Shown: one piece after another, positions 10,177-20,664 of the stretch | Position numbering within the stretch: the stretch's first letter is position 1 | Layout: each line of letters starts with the position of its first letter | Translations under genes and position numbers: made by a program | Notes under the pieces: generated by a model | Told to the model about the DNA's origin: nothing | Database searches by the model: none | The model's input: the letters and a program-made list of their open reading frames with translations, nothing else | Source: Candidatus Poribacteria bacterium | GTDB taxonomy: Bacteria > Poribacteria > WGA-4E > PCPOR2b | Reading direction: 5' to 3' | Assembly: GCA_965198175.1 (NCBI GenBank) | Contig: OZ240245.1 | Span: forward strand, 1,024,001-1,088,000 | Length of the DNA: 64,000 nucleotides

Positions 10177-10351
10177 ATAACGTCTTCTCTCAACCCAGCA
10201 ATCGAGTCATACGGAAAATGCTTTTTTCCGATTCAAATCTGAAAATTTACTCTCCGCGTGAGGTGTGCTATCCGCCCGCATGTGGGGTTAACGCACTAGA
10301 CTAATCGAGTGTGGCGACACCAGAACTTACCCAATTGTTTCTGTCGACGCT

Positions 10352-11758
10352 TTAAGGTTTGGCAGCGATGTTTTCGTCCACCGCACCGCTGTTGAGGATC
10401 GGGCAAAGTTCGCAGAGTTGGCTGCTGCAGAAGTTATTGTAGAGATAAATCGCCCCCTGTTGCTTTTTGGCAGAAGGCGAGATTTGCTGAATCGGCTGTT
10501 GTTCGGTGAAGATTTGGGCGGTGAGTTTTTTGGTGATAGAGTTCTCCTCTAGCTTTGGATGGTGGTCGTAGAGTTTTTGAACCGCGTCAGACAATTTGGA
10601 ACTCTGCGACTCTTCCGCCCATACAAACGCGAGCGGTAACAATATATTGATGATGATGACAGAAGCGCGATCTCTTCCTATAAGTGCTGTTCCCTGTCGT
10701 GCAATACCTTTTCCAAAATGGGAGTGGCTGAACCAGTAACCGGAGGCAGGGAGCATCAATAACCTGATCAGTTCACGGCGTATCCGCTGTAGACCTTTTT
10801 GGTCAGCTGTTGCTGCCGCTTCAATTTGGGAAACGAAATCCGCCATCAAGCTATCCGTGCAGGAACTAATCAACATACTCATCGCGGCGATGCGACGTGC
10901 TGGGTAGTTCACCGGTCGGGTTTTTGCAAACCGCCATACATCCGCCGAAATCCGATTCGAATTGTTGTATTGCACGGAAGAAACCCAGAGCGTTTCTAAC
11001 TGAGAAACAAACGGTGCATTAGCTTCGCAGGGCTGGGGCGCCTTGGATTGCGAAGGGAGCAAGCCTGCAACACCAAGCAGTATCGCTTGAATCTCCTCAT
11101 TCGACTTGCCTACTAGTTGCGAGATAGGAACACGTTGCGCCAATTCTCGAAAGGATTCGCGATTTAGTGAATACCCCAACGCGTCCATGATTCCCTCATA
11201 GAGCAGTTGCTCAAAATCGACTGATACGCGCAGAGTTCGCATCGCATCTGCCTTTGCGATGAGCCGCTCCTGTCCGAGTTGATCGAAAACCGATGTCAGC
11301 GGTTCAATTTTAAGCCTTCGACCCGTCACCCGACATTCAATCGGCTTCGATTCTCCTTTCATGTGTTGGTCAATGAGTTCCACTAACGGTGTATCGAGCC
11401 GATGTGACAGTTCAAGCGTCGGAATCCGATTACCGTTTTGAGTTCGGGATCGCAGGTTAATATCGTCATCCCAAAAAACAACATGCAGGACAGCGCGATT
11501 ATATCTCGAGTCGAGATGGTGCTTGTGATCGTACCACTGGGATGAACGAACGTGGATTTCGACATCGCCGGTTAACAATTTCCCATTGACCAGAATTTCA
11601 GCTCCAGCGAAATCGGGTCCCTCGTCATGATTCCACTGGCCGGGTTTCAACACTTGCAAGGCACGTCCGTCCGTCGCCTTTAACTCAAAGTCAAAGAAGC
11701 GTTGTTCATTCCATAAACTCTGAACGAGTTCTTCGTTGATATTCTTAAAGTCCGGCAT
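10352..11758 (-). CDS. DUF2851 family protein
   Basis: PG.WNHDEGPDF, GDVEIHVRSSQWYDHKHH.D..YN..VLHVV, RPVNYPARRIA and C-terminal CxxxxCxxCP. Confidence 0.85.
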   Translation of the reverse strand: MPDFKNINEELVQSLWNEQRFFDFELKATDGRALQVLKPGQWNHDEGPDFAGAEILVNGKLLTGDVEIHVRSSQWYDHKHHLDSRYNRAVLHVVFWDDDINLRSRTQNGNRIPTLELSHRLDTPLVELIDQHMKGESKPIECRVTGRRLKIEPLTSVFDQLGQERLIAKADAMRTLRVSVDFEQLLYEGIMDALGYSLNRESFRELAQRVPISQLVGKSNEEIQAILLGVAGLLPSQSKAPQPCEANAPFVSQLETLWVSSVQYNNSNRISADVWRFAKTRPVNYPARRIAAMSMLISSCTDSLMADFVSQIEAAATADQKGLQRIRRELIRLLMLPASGYWFSHSHFGKGIARQGTALIGRDRASVIIINILLPLAFVWAEESQSSKLSDAVQKLYDHHPKLEENSITKKLTAQIFTEQQPIQQISPSAKKQQGAIYLYNNFCSSQLCELCPILNSGAVDENIAAKP

Positions 11759-11983
11759 CTGTATTGTCCGTTTCTGATTGAAGATTGTGGGATTCGTAAG
11801 ATTGAATATTGAAATCCCGCACCAATGAAACAACCTTTAGTATTGAAGTCGATCTTCCAAAGGGACCGGGGCTTGTCAAAAACTTAGTCCCTCTTCGCGT
11901 ATTGCACCTTCTTTTTACGCGAACCACCATGATACTATATCAAAAAAGAGGGGTTGAATCCATAAAAATTCGAGGTCATCATG

Positions 11984-12547
11984 TTAAAGGCACAAGAAAT
12001 TTCGCAGTAGCGGTTTTCCGGCATTTGTAAGAATTGACTCCGGATGAAATTGTACACCCCAGATTGGATGCTCCTTGTGCCGGATTCCCATAATTTCGTC
12101 CTGATCTGTCCACGCCGTGAGTTCAAAGCAATCTGGCAGTGTCTCCTTTTTCACGATGAGTGAATGGTAGCGCGTCGCCTCAAATGGGTTTTCCAGCGCG
12201 TCGAAAATCTCCTTGCCGTTGTGGTGAATCATTGATGTTTTACCGTGCATCAATCGATCGGCGCGGACAACATCGCCACCGAAGGCGTCGCCGATACACT
12301 GATGCCCCAAGCAGACGCCGAGGATCGGTACACGTACGGCAAAGTAACGAATCAACTCACAGGAGATGCCTGCCTCCCGTGGCGTGCAGGGGCCCGGGGA
12401 GATTACAATCTTTTCAGGCGCGATGTCTTCAATCTGGTCAATTGTGATTCTGTCGTTGCGATGGACAGCAAGATTTGCCCCTAACTCGCCGAGATATTGG
12501 ACGAGGTTGTAGGTAAATGAGTCGTAGTTGTCAATCATGAGTACCAT
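11984..12547 (-). CDS. trpG: Anthranilate synthase component II / glutamine amidotransferase
   Basis: [35 protein letters not shown]; directly downstream of trpE. Confidence 0.95.
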   Translation of the reverse strand: MVLMIDNYDSFTYNLVQYLGELGANLAVHRNDRITIDQIEDIAPEKIVISPGPCTPREAGISCELIRYFAVRVPILGVCLGHQCIGDAFGGDVVRADRLMHGKTSMIHHNGKEIFDALENPFEATRYHSLIVKKETLPDCFELTAWTDQDEIMGIRHKEHPIWGVQFHPESILTNAGKPLLRNFLCL

Positions 12548-12608
12548 TGTTTTTCCCCGGACCATGTCTGTAGACTCTCATCATCTTGTTTCCGTTCTAA
12601 CAAATCGC

Positions 12609-14093
12609 TTACTCCAATCCCGCCTCCGCTATTTCAATTGCTCTCAACACCGCCTGCGCTTTGTTCAGTGTTTCCTCGTATTCGTTTTCGGGTACAGAGT
12701 CTGCTACGATGCCACCGCCGGCTTGGACGTAGGCAACACCGTCCTTGACGACGAGCGTGCGAATCGTAATCGCTGTATCCGTGCTACCGGAGAAACTGAA
12801 GTAACCGACAGCACCTCCGTAAGGCCCCCGCCGCGTCGGCTCAAGTTCTTCAATAATCTCCATCGCCCGAATCTTCGGCGCTCCGGATAGCGTTCCGGCG
12901 GGGAGACAGGCGCGAATGACATCGAAAGCGGTCTGTCCTTCGCGCAACTGCCCTTCGACGTGCGAGACGATGTGCATCACATGCGAATAGCGTTCGATGA
13001 CCATCATCTCGCTCACGTGAACCGTATGGTATTCGCAGACGCGGCCGAGGTCGTTTCGACCCAGGTCAACGAGCATCACATGTTCCGCCCGTTCTTTCGG
13101 ATCAGCGAGCAACTCCTCAGCGAGTGTGACATCTTCAGCAGGGGTTTGCCCACGAGGTCTTGTTCCGGCGATTGGGCGCGTCTCTACAAGACCATTCTCA
13201 ACGCGCACCATCATCTCCGGAGATGCTCCAACGAGCTGGAGGTCGCCGAATTTAAGATGGTACATGTAGGGTGAGGGGTTAACCGTGCGAAGCGCACGGT
13301 AGACCTCAAAGGCATCAACAGAGATTGGGAGGCTGAACCGCTGTGACGGAACGACTTGAATGATGTCCCCCGCCGCGACGTACTCCTTTGCGCGAAGGAC
13401 TGCCGATTCGTAGCCTGCTTTCGTGAAATTCGATGTAATCTGTGTTTCGGTGTTATTCTTCGCTGCTTCCTTGTTGGGATTCATGGGAAGCGGACGCTTG
13501 AGTTTCGCAATCGACAGATCGATTCGATTGACCGCATCCGTATACGCTGCATCAACATCGTCATCAATGTGCGCGTTGGCGATGACTTTAATCCGGTGGT
13601 TCACATGGTCGAAGACCAAGAGCGTATCGGCGGTCATGAATAAGCAATCGGGTAAATCCCTGTCGTCATCCGTGTTGTCTGGAAGTTCTTCGACAAACCG
13701 CACGACATCATAACTGAGGTAGCCCACCACCCCGCCGTGGAAATGCGGTAATCCTTCGACTTGAACCGGCTGATAGCGATTCATCAGTGCTTCGAGTTGT
13801 GTGAGTGCGTCCGTTGATTCACACTCGACGGTTTTGTCGGTATGCACCTCTGTGATTTTCACCTGATCCCCCTTGCTCTGAAACAGGATGGAGGGATTTG
13901 TGCCGAGAAAAGAGTATCGGGCGAGATTTTCGCCCCCTTCTACGCTTTCCAGAAGGAAAGCGTACTCATCGCCACCAATTTTGTAAAATGCGGATACAGG
14001 GGTCTCCATATCCGCCAAGATGGATTTGTAAACGGGAATCAAATTACCGTGTTGCGCTTTTTCCCGAAAATCTTCCAAAGTCGGGTAATACAT
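12609..14093 (-). CDS. trpE: Anthranilate synthase component I
   Basis: FLLES (Trp feedback motif), NPSPYM, GASPE, PIAGTRPRG, KERAEHVMLVDLGRND, GTLSGAPK. Confidence 0.95.
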   Translation of the reverse strand: MYYPTLEDFREKAQHGNLIPVYKSILADMETPVSAFYKIGGDEYAFLLESVEGGENLARYSFLGTNPSILFQSKGDQVKITEVHTDKTVECESTDALTQLEALMNRYQPVQVEGLPHFHGGVVGYLSYDVVRFVEELPDNTDDDRDLPDCLFMTADTLLVFDHVNHRIKVIANAHIDDDVDAAYTDAVNRIDLSIAKLKRPLPMNPNKEAAKNNTETQITSNFTKAGYESAVLRAKEYVAAGDIIQVVPSQRFSLPISVDAFEVYRALRTVNPSPYMYHLKFGDLQLVGASPEMMVRVENGLVETRPIAGTRPRGQTPAEDVTLAEELLADPKERAEHVMLVDLGRNDLGRVCEYHTVHVSEMMVIERYSHVMHIVSHVEGQLREGQTAFDVIRACLPAGTLSGAPKIRAMEIIEELEPTRRGPYGGAVGYFSFSGSTDTAITIRTLVVKDGVAYVQAGGGIVADSVPENEYEETLNKAQAVLRAIEIAEAGLE

Positions 14094-14171
14094 TGTGAAG
14101 TCTCCTTGCAAGCTGTTGGCGCCCAGTCAAATGCAGGCGATGATTGCGGTCATAAAACTGCTCCCACACGG

Positions 14172-14555
14172 TCACGAATAAACGGTGTCCGGGTCAAAAA
14201 CCTTTGTACCAACAATACGTGTAGAATTTCCGTTGGGGGAGACTTCCCGGAAAAAACAGGAGCGGTACCCTTCGTGGCACGCCCCGCCTTTCTGATCAAC
14301 CTTAATGAGAAGGGTATCGGCGTCGCAATCAAAAGCGAGCGATCGCACATCTTGGGTGTGTCCTGAAGTCTCCCCCTTTACCCAGTATTTTTGGCGGGAG
14401 CGACTCCAGAACGTGACGCGACCGGATTCGAGCGTTCGCCGCACCGCTTCACGGTTCATGTAACCCATCATTAATACGTCGTTGTTCTCGAAATCTTGAA
14501 TAATCGCGGGTATTAGTCCGTTTGAATCGAATTTGAGTTCATCGAGGATTTGCAT
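14172..14555 (-). CDS. hisI: Phosphoribosyl-AMP cyclohydrolase (monofunctional)
   Basis: [53 protein letters not shown]. Confidence 0.95.
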   Translation of the reverse strand: MQILDELKFDSNGLIPAIIQDFENNDVLMMGYMNREAVRRTLESGRVTFWSRSRQKYWVKGETSGHTQDVRSLAFDCDADTLLIKVDQKGGACHEGYRSCFFREVSPNGNSTRIVGTKVFDPDTVYS

Positions 14556-14582
14556 CGTCATTTGCCTCCTAACAGTTGACAC

Positions 14583-14622
14583 AAAAAAAGCCGTAGACAA
14601 CGGGAGCGTATGCCTACGGCTT
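14583..14622 (-). terminator. Intrinsic terminator of the attenuator (3:4 hairpin)
   Basis: Minus strand AAGCCGTAGGCA-N11-TGTCTACGGCTT ending in a U7 run, about 20 nt upstream of the hisI start region. Confidence 0.9.
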
Positions 14623-14646
14623 AAATTTATCAAATGAATGCGAAAT

Positions 14647-14757
14647 CTATTTCAGCAAATTCAGCAAGGGCATACTCCTCCCATTCCAGCTTGTATGCCA
14701 CCAATGCCAGCCGTGTGTTGCCATATCGGAATGAAGGGGAGAATTCGTTGATTTCAT
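14647..14757 (-). CDS. His/Trp-rich attenuator leader peptide (36 aa: [36 protein letters not shown])
   Basis: Four Trp and four His codons, clustered as HGWHWWH; GAAAGG upstream; contains attenuator segments 1 and 2 and precedes the terminator. Confidence 0.85.
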   Translation of the reverse strand: MKSTNSPLHSDMATHGWHWWHTSWNGRSMPLLNLLK

Positions 14758-14788
14758 CAGCCTTGCCTTTCGTTTCTATTTTCTAAAG

Positions 14789-14816
14789 AGTATCATAACC
14801 AGGATTTACGTGTCAA
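14789..14816 (-). promoter_or_regulatory. Sigma70-like promoter of the leader-hisI-trpE-trpG operon
   Basis: TTGACA, 16-nt spacer, GATACT on the minus strand, about 30 nt above the leader ATG. Confidence 0.55.
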
Positions 14817-14935
14817 GGAAAAACTGGAAGCTCGCAAACTTTAATCTAACTTTCTTAGAGCCGGTTTGAAAAAGAACAATTACGCCAACGGTTTGAGTGT
14901 AAATATAAACGCAAATGAGACAACAAATAAGAGAA

Positions 14936-15778
14936 TCAATTCTTATCAACACCCTGAAGTTTCCCACGGAGGAAATCCACACATTCCTCTACCTCTACTT
15001 CCTTGAGGCCGTGAAGAATGAAGGGGCCGTCGAATCCAACTTTGTGTAGCAGAGACAGATAATAATCGTAATCCAACATACCTCGGCCGGCTGCTTCACC
15101 CCCTGCTTCACCGTCGCGGCTCAAGTCTTTGGCATGTGCAATAACGATATCCTCGCCGAGGAGGTGGAACGCCTCATCAAGAATTTCGCGCATGCGCGCA
15201 AGCTCGCCTGTATGAAAGATATTGGCGGCATCCATCACCACCTTCAAGTGTGGCGATTTCATCTCATCAAGCAGACGGCGACCTTGTGTAGCTGAATTCA
15301 CCACATTGGACACCTCAGGCTCAAAGCCGAGTATAACACCGTGTTCTTCCGCGATTTGCAATGCTTCCCTCATTGATTCGAGTAGGTCTTTCCATGCCTG
15401 TGGCGAATCGTTTTCAGGGTGATGACGCCACATGTTTTCCGCGTCCCGTGTGCCTGTACACAGCGTAATCACCGATGTGCCAAGCCGTTTGCAGACGGAT
15501 GCTAGTTCACGCAGCCGTCGTAGTCCGGTGTGGCGGCTCTGAATATCGGGATGAATCATGTTAAACGTACCGGACACTGCTGCCAGTGTGATGTTCCGCG
15601 ATGACAATCCACGGCGGATGGCGTCGCAGTGTTCGATTTTTATGCAGTCAGGCATAGACGACAATCCTGCGCACACCATGTTGAATTGAACACAACTTAA
15701 TCCGTGTGCTTTGACAGCATCCAGGGTTTCCTCAAGTGTTGGGCGAACAAACGTCTTCGCGAAAATCCCAATCTGCAT
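14936..15778 (-). CDS. Sugar phosphate isomerase/epimerase (AP endonuclease 2 TIM barrel)
   Basis: GFEPE, VMDAAN, HAKD metal-ligand pattern, G.G.LDY. Confidence 0.85.
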   Translation of the reverse strand: MQIGIFAKTFVRPTLEETLDAVKAHGLSCVQFNMVCAGLSSMPDCIKIEHCDAIRRGLSSRNITLAAVSGTFNMIHPDIQSRHTGLRRLRELASVCKRLGTSVITLCTGTRDAENMWRHHPENDSPQAWKDLLESMREALQIAEEHGVILGFEPEVSNVVNSATQGRRLLDEMKSPHLKVVMDAANIFHTGELARMREILDEAFHLLGEDIVIAHAKDLSRDGEAGGEAAGRGMLDYDYYLSLLHKVGFDGPFILHGLKEVEVEECVDFLRGKLQGVDKN

Positions 15779-16299
15779 TGCTGCTCCTTGGTAGAGACGG
15801 ACTGAACTACGATCTCGGGTGAGCTGACCGGTGTGCGGTGATTGTTATGTTTTCCATCCTATTCCAGTTTTTCGAAATCTGACCGGATTCTGACGGGCGA
15901 AATCCTATTTCATCGTGTATGGCATCACCGATTCTGCCTGACTGGATTAGCATCGACGCGCATCCGCTTGCCTTCGATACGGTGCTACAAGTCATGTTGC
16001 ACGAATTACAATATACTGCTCTCCAGGAGATTGTTATGGGCAATTAGGGTGATGGACGCATCAGAAATGTGCAAATTGGCAAAAAGGTTAGTGCTTATAG
16101 AACACGGCGTAGATGCCGTTGCGACAATTCGTGGTTCCTTCGTCAAAGCTTGTTTGGTTGTGATACACGAAAAGCGGACAAATTTCATGACTCACACGCC
16201 TCATATGGATTCAATCTCTCCAATGACTCTAAGGCAGTTGGAGCATATCATAAGGGATATAATCAGTCAACGATAATTTCTGAAATTGTAGATTTTCTA

Positions 16300-16328
16300 T
16301 TGACGTAACTAGACCAGAGTGATATGAT
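16300..16328 (+). promoter_or_regulatory. Sigma70-like promoter of mobA (very short leader)
   Basis: TTGACG, 17-nt spacer, TATGAT with extended TG; the ATG lies only 12 nt further and there is no SD. Confidence 0.55.
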
Positions 16329-16340
16329 TGATAATATATC

Positions 16341-16958
16341 ATGCAAGCCGTCAATAACTCAACTACAGGTGTTATACTCGCCGGCGGAAGCAGCCATCGA
16401 ATGGGGCAAAACAAGGCACTGATGCGTCTCGGATGTGCTACGCTCATTGAGCGCACGCTTTGCCAAATGCGATCTGTCACAACTAATCTCCTGCTGATTA
16501 CGAACACCCCATGGCTGTATCGGCATTTGGGCTTGCGGATGTATACGGATCTTGTTCCAAACATGGGTGCATTGGGCGGCATTTATACTGGTCTCACCCA
16601 TGCAGATAATCCCGCCGTGATCTGTGTTGCTTGTGATATGCCGCTGCTGCAGCCGAGACTTTTGTCTTATTTGACGACAATCCTTGGCGAGGACGATGCT
16701 GCTGTTCCATATGTCGAGAATCTAGATTCCTCTTTGCCTAAATTTCAAACATTGTCTGCTGTCTATTCCAAGAAGTGCTTGTCTGTCATCAATCAGATGT
16801 TCGTAGAGGGCGAACTGCGTGTCCATGCCTTATACAATCGTATCTCTGTCCGTGTCGTCCCGCCCTCTGAATGGAGGCGATTTGATCCGCATGGGCGTTC
16901 GTTTTTTAACATCAATACTCCGACAGATTTTGAAAACGCAAGTCGGATAATTCTTTGA
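16341..16958 (+). CDS. mobA: Molybdenum cofactor guanylyltransferase
   Basis: GVILAGGSSHRMGQNKAL, GALGGIYTGL, VACDMPLL, FFNINTPTDF. Confidence 0.92.
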   Translation: MQAVNNSTTGVILAGGSSHRMGQNKALMRLGCATLIERTLCQMRSVTTNLLLITNTPWLYRHLGLRMYTDLVPNMGALGGIYTGLTHADNPAVICVACDMPLLQPRLLSYLTTILGEDDAAVPYVENLDSSLPKFQTLSAVYSKKCLSVINQMFVEGELRVHALYNRISVRVVPPSEWRRFDPHGRSFFNINTPTDFENASRIIL

Positions 16959-17207
16959 ACAGGTTATTTTGAGGGTGTAAACAACAAGAGGTTTTTAAGA
17001 TTGTTTGCTTCGCATTCCCGGCAATATGAATGGTTGCTGAACTAGTCGCCTTGTGGCTAAGGAGAGATGGGCATCCTCACAAATACGCAGCTAATGTCTA
17101 ATCGCGTGATTGAGACAATACAGAATACTGGCGACACTAGCATTCTAGCGCTTCAGGACTGCGCGCCTATCAAAAGCACCTCGATATTTTCAGGGAGGAG
17201 TTGAATT

Positions 17208-18056
17208 TTGAGAAATTTTCCAATTGTTGATACCCATGTTCATCTATGGGATCCGGGTGTGTTGAGATACCCGTGGCTTGAAGATGCACCGCCATCAATG
17301 GCTAGGCCTCATGCGTTAGCGGAATATCGCGCGGCCCATGGTGAAATTAATATTGAAGCGCTGGTCTTTGTGCAATGCGGCGGGTATGATGGTGTGGCGG
17401 AAGCAGAATGGGTGGCTTCACTGGCAACAGACGATTCCAGGCTTAAAGGAATTGTAGCGGAAGCACCCGTTTATAATGGGGAGGAGGTCAGACCAGTACT
17501 CGAAAAACTGGCTGATATTCAATTAGTCAAAGGCGTCCGTCACGTTCTTGAAGGCGAAAGCATTGAATTTTGTGTACAGCGGAATTTCATAAAAGGGGTG
17601 CAGATTCTGGAAGAATTTGGTTTAAGCTTTGACATCTGTATCCGTCACCCACAGTTAGCCAATACCATTCAGATGGTGAAGCAGTGTCCGAATATTCAGT
17701 TCATATTGGATCACATTGCCAAGCCTGATATTAGGGAACAAATCTTCGACCCGTGGAGGCGCGAATTAAAGACGCTGTCCAAATTTCCGAATGTCGTCTG
17801 CAAAATTTCTGGTCTAGCAACGGAAGCAGATCACGAGAATTGGACTCGAGACGATATGAAGCCGTACATTGAGCATGTGATAGAATGCTTCAGTTTTGAG
17901 CGCGTGATGTATGGCAGTGATTGGCCTGTTTCGACGGCCGCAACGGATTATCCGCGGTGGGTCGATACCCTAAAGTGGGCGGTGCGAGACTATTCTGACA
18001 ATGAAATTAACCAACTATTCCACGACAACGCCATTCAATTTTATAGGTTATCGTGA
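17208..18056 (+). CDS. Amidohydrolase family protein (sugar lactonase-like, Amidohydro_2)
   Basis: IVDTHVHLW, KGVRH, ILDHIAKP, CKISGL, MYGSDWPV. Confidence 0.88.
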   Translation: MRNFPIVDTHVHLWDPGVLRYPWLEDAPPSMARPHALAEYRAAHGEINIEALVFVQCGGYDGVAEAEWVASLATDDSRLKGIVAEAPVYNGEEVRPVLEKLADIQLVKGVRHVLEGESIEFCVQRNFIKGVQILEEFGLSFDICIRHPQLANTIQMVKQCPNIQFILDHIAKPDIREQIFDPWRRELKTLSKFPNVVCKISGLATEADHENWTRDDMKPYIEHVIECFSFERVMYGSDWPVSTAATDYPRWVDTLKWAVRDYSDNEINQLFHDNAIQFYRLS

Positions 18057-18082
18057 AACCATTGTAAGGGGCACAATAGGAC

Positions 18083-19162
18083 ATGGAAACGACGCATCAT
18101 TTTCAAGCGAGCCACCTGCATGCAATCGCGCGGCGGTTGTTCATGGCTGCGGGCGCGCCACGCCATATTGCCGATACCGTTGCTGAAATCTTGGTCAACT
18201 CCAACCTTGTCGGCCATGATTCGCACGGCGTGCTTCACATCCCCCGCTATTTGCTGGACATCTCAGAAGGGAGACTTGACCCGGCTGCCGAACCGAAAGT
18301 GGTCAAAGAAACAGCCAGTACGCTTCACATTGACGGGAACAAGGCTTTTGGGCACTACATTGCACGGAAAGCAATGGATTTGGCTATTGAGAAAGCCAAA
18401 CAGGCTGATGTCTGCTGTGTGAGTTTTCTGCGCACCGGGCATATCGGTCGGCTGGGAGAGTATGCAGAGGTTGCTGCGCGAGCGGGGTGCATTGGTATAA
18501 TCACGGTTGGTTACAGCGGGATAGACAAGGGCCTTGTCACGCCTTTCGGGGGTGCAAAAGGTGCGCTTGAGACCAACCCGATCGCCGTAGGTGTTCCGAC
18601 CGGTGATGATACGCCGTTCATTATTGATTTCGCCACAAGCGTGATTGCCGGCGCAAAGATTGAGTTCGCGGACAGTAAGGGCGAAGATGTTCCAGAAGGG
18701 TGCATTGTTGATAAACATGGGAATCCCAGCGTCAAGACGGCAGATTATTGGGATGGAGGTTCCCTGCTTCCATTTGGTAGGCACAAGGGTTACGCACTTT
18801 CACTGCTGACCTGTCTGCTTGGCGCGCAGCATGGAGACTTTGATGGTGAGGATGACTACGTGGGCGGCATATTTATGCAGGTGATTAACATAAGTGCTTT
18901 TACGTCTGTGGAAGCCTACCAGCGGGGTGTCCGTGCATTCCTGGACAATATCAAGGCCACGCCGCCGGCACCCGGCTTTGACGAGGTCCTGGTTCCCGGT
19001 GATTTTGAGCACTGTTCGCGTATGCACCGCCTGGCTAACGGCATTGACGTACCGGACGCCATCTACTACGAGCGTACCCGAGAATGGGCGGAGAAGTTAG
19101 GTGTTCCTCTGGGTGAGGAAGTAGTCGAAGCTACCGATGTAAATCGATATCGGACCACGTGA
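18083..19162 (+). CDS. Ldh_2 family (type 2 malate/L-lactate) oxidoreductase; paralog A
   Basis: GHDSHGV, GHIGRLG, TNPIA, DFATS, HKGYAL, VLVPGD. Confidence 0.9.
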   Translation: METTHHFQASHLHAIARRLFMAAGAPRHIADTVAEILVNSNLVGHDSHGVLHIPRYLLDISEGRLDPAAEPKVVKETASTLHIDGNKAFGHYIARKAMDLAIEKAKQADVCCVSFLRTGHIGRLGEYAEVAARAGCIGIITVGYSGIDKGLVTPFGGAKGALETNPIAVGVPTGDDTPFIIDFATSVIAGAKIEFADSKGEDVPEGCIVDKHGNPSVKTADYWDGGSLLPFGRHKGYALSLLTCLLGAQHGDFDGEDDYVGGIFMQVINISAFTSVEAYQRGVRAFLDNIKATPPAPGFDEVLVPGDFEHCSRMHRLANGIDVPDAIYYERTREWAEKLGVPLGEEVVEATDVNRYRTT

Positions 19163-19455
19163 ATGCGATAGGCGACATGTAACGCGCATTGTGCAGAAAT
19201 TCACTACAGATTGATATTATTCCTATTTCTGGAGTAAGAACCCAGCATAATATTCGTGAAGTCTGTTCTTCTTCGCCGTGCGAGTCGATTTTGTTCACGT
19301 GAAGTAAGAAATCCGAGACTTATAGGTGCTTATGTTCATTATCAGGCGGATTTCGTATAAAATATCTACTGTAGATGTCACATTAGTTGTTGTAAGTATA
19401 GCTCTACCCACCTTGCAGCGGAAATACTCGGTCGATCTGAGTAGGAGCGAAAGCT

Positions 19456-20532
19456 GTGGAAAAAGCACACCGCTTTCAAGCAAGTTATCTTCATGCGATT
19501 ACCCGACGACTATTGATGGCAGCAGGCACGTTGCGTCATATTGCTGATGTCGTCGCAGAAGTTCTGGTCAGTGCCAACCTTACTGGACATGACTCACACG
19601 GCGTGCTCCGTGTGCCCCACTATTTGTCCGACATTTCAAAAGGTATAATTCATCCTGATGCTGAACCGATGGTGGTCAAAGAGACCGCCAACACTCTGTT
19701 TTTTGATGGGCAGTGGGGTTTTGGACACTACACTGTCAGAAAGGCAATGAAGCTGGCAATTGAGAAAGCAAGGGAAACAGATGTCTGTTGTGTATGTTTT
19801 GTTCGCACCGGACATATCGGGCGGTTGGGAGAATATGCAGAAATTGCGGCACAGTCGGGATGCATCGGTATAATCACCTATGGTGTGGGCGAACGGGTTG
19901 GCAAAAAGACTGTGCCTTTTGGTGGTGCAAGGGGAATGTTGGGAACCAACCCGATTGCGATCGGGGTTCCCACCGGTGATGACGTGCCCTTCATCATCGA
20001 TTTCGCCACAACAATGATTGCGGGTGGCAAAATTATGGTCGCCAAAAGCAAAAATACGGATCTTCCGCAGGGATGCATTATTGATAAACATGGCAACCCA
20101 AGCGTCAAAACAAAGGACTATTACGATGGCGGATTCCTACTGCCGTTCGGTGGACATAAAGGCTACGCGCTCTCGCTACTAACTTGTTTGCTTGGTGGGC
20201 TGTCTGAAGGCTTCAACTATGAGCGGGGAGCGATGGGTAGCGTGTTTATGCAGATATTTAATCCCCACACCTTTACGCCGTTGGAAACTTACCAGCAGCA
20301 TGTTCGTGGATTTCTAGACAACATCAAGAAAACCCAACCGGCACGCGGCTTTGATGAAGTATTGGTCCCTGGTGATTTTGAGCACAGTTCGCGGGTTGAG
20401 CGTCTAGTTCACGGCGTTGAAGTGCCGGGCACCATCTATCGGCAGATTCAGGAATGGGCAGAGAAGTTGGATATCTCTTTGTATAACGATGAAGTCGAAG
20501 CCGAAGATGCAGCGCGGTATCAGATTCCGTAA
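19456..20532 (+). CDS. Ldh_2 family oxidoreductase; paralog B
   Basis: Same motifs, colinear with paralog A; GTG start after AGGAG. Confidence 0.9.
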   Translation: MEKAHRFQASYLHAITRRLLMAAGTLRHIADVVAEVLVSANLTGHDSHGVLRVPHYLSDISKGIIHPDAEPMVVKETANTLFFDGQWGFGHYTVRKAMKLAIEKARETDVCCVCFVRTGHIGRLGEYAEIAAQSGCIGIITYGVGERVGKKTVPFGGARGMLGTNPIAIGVPTGDDVPFIIDFATTMIAGGKIMVAKSKNTDLPQGCIIDKHGNPSVKTKDYYDGGFLLPFGGHKGYALSLLTCLLGGLSEGFNYERGAMGSVFMQIFNPHTFTPLETYQQHVRGFLDNIKKTQPARGFDEVLVPGDFEHSSRVERLVHGVEVPGTIYRQIQEWAEKLDISLYNDEVEAEDAARYQIP

Positions 20533-20664
20533 AGGGCTGTGCCGAAAGCGCATGAGCTATACAGCATAATCTTCTCTGGCTGATAGTCATGTACGACTGC
20601 TTCATGGCATCAATCGTCTTTTCAAGAGAGCTTGGTCACGCACGATGCTTCTTCTGATTCGCTA

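Noticed and set aside
15807..16308. Overlapping short ORFs on both strands between the epimerase and mobA
   Set aside because: No RBS or recognisable motifs; likely spurious.
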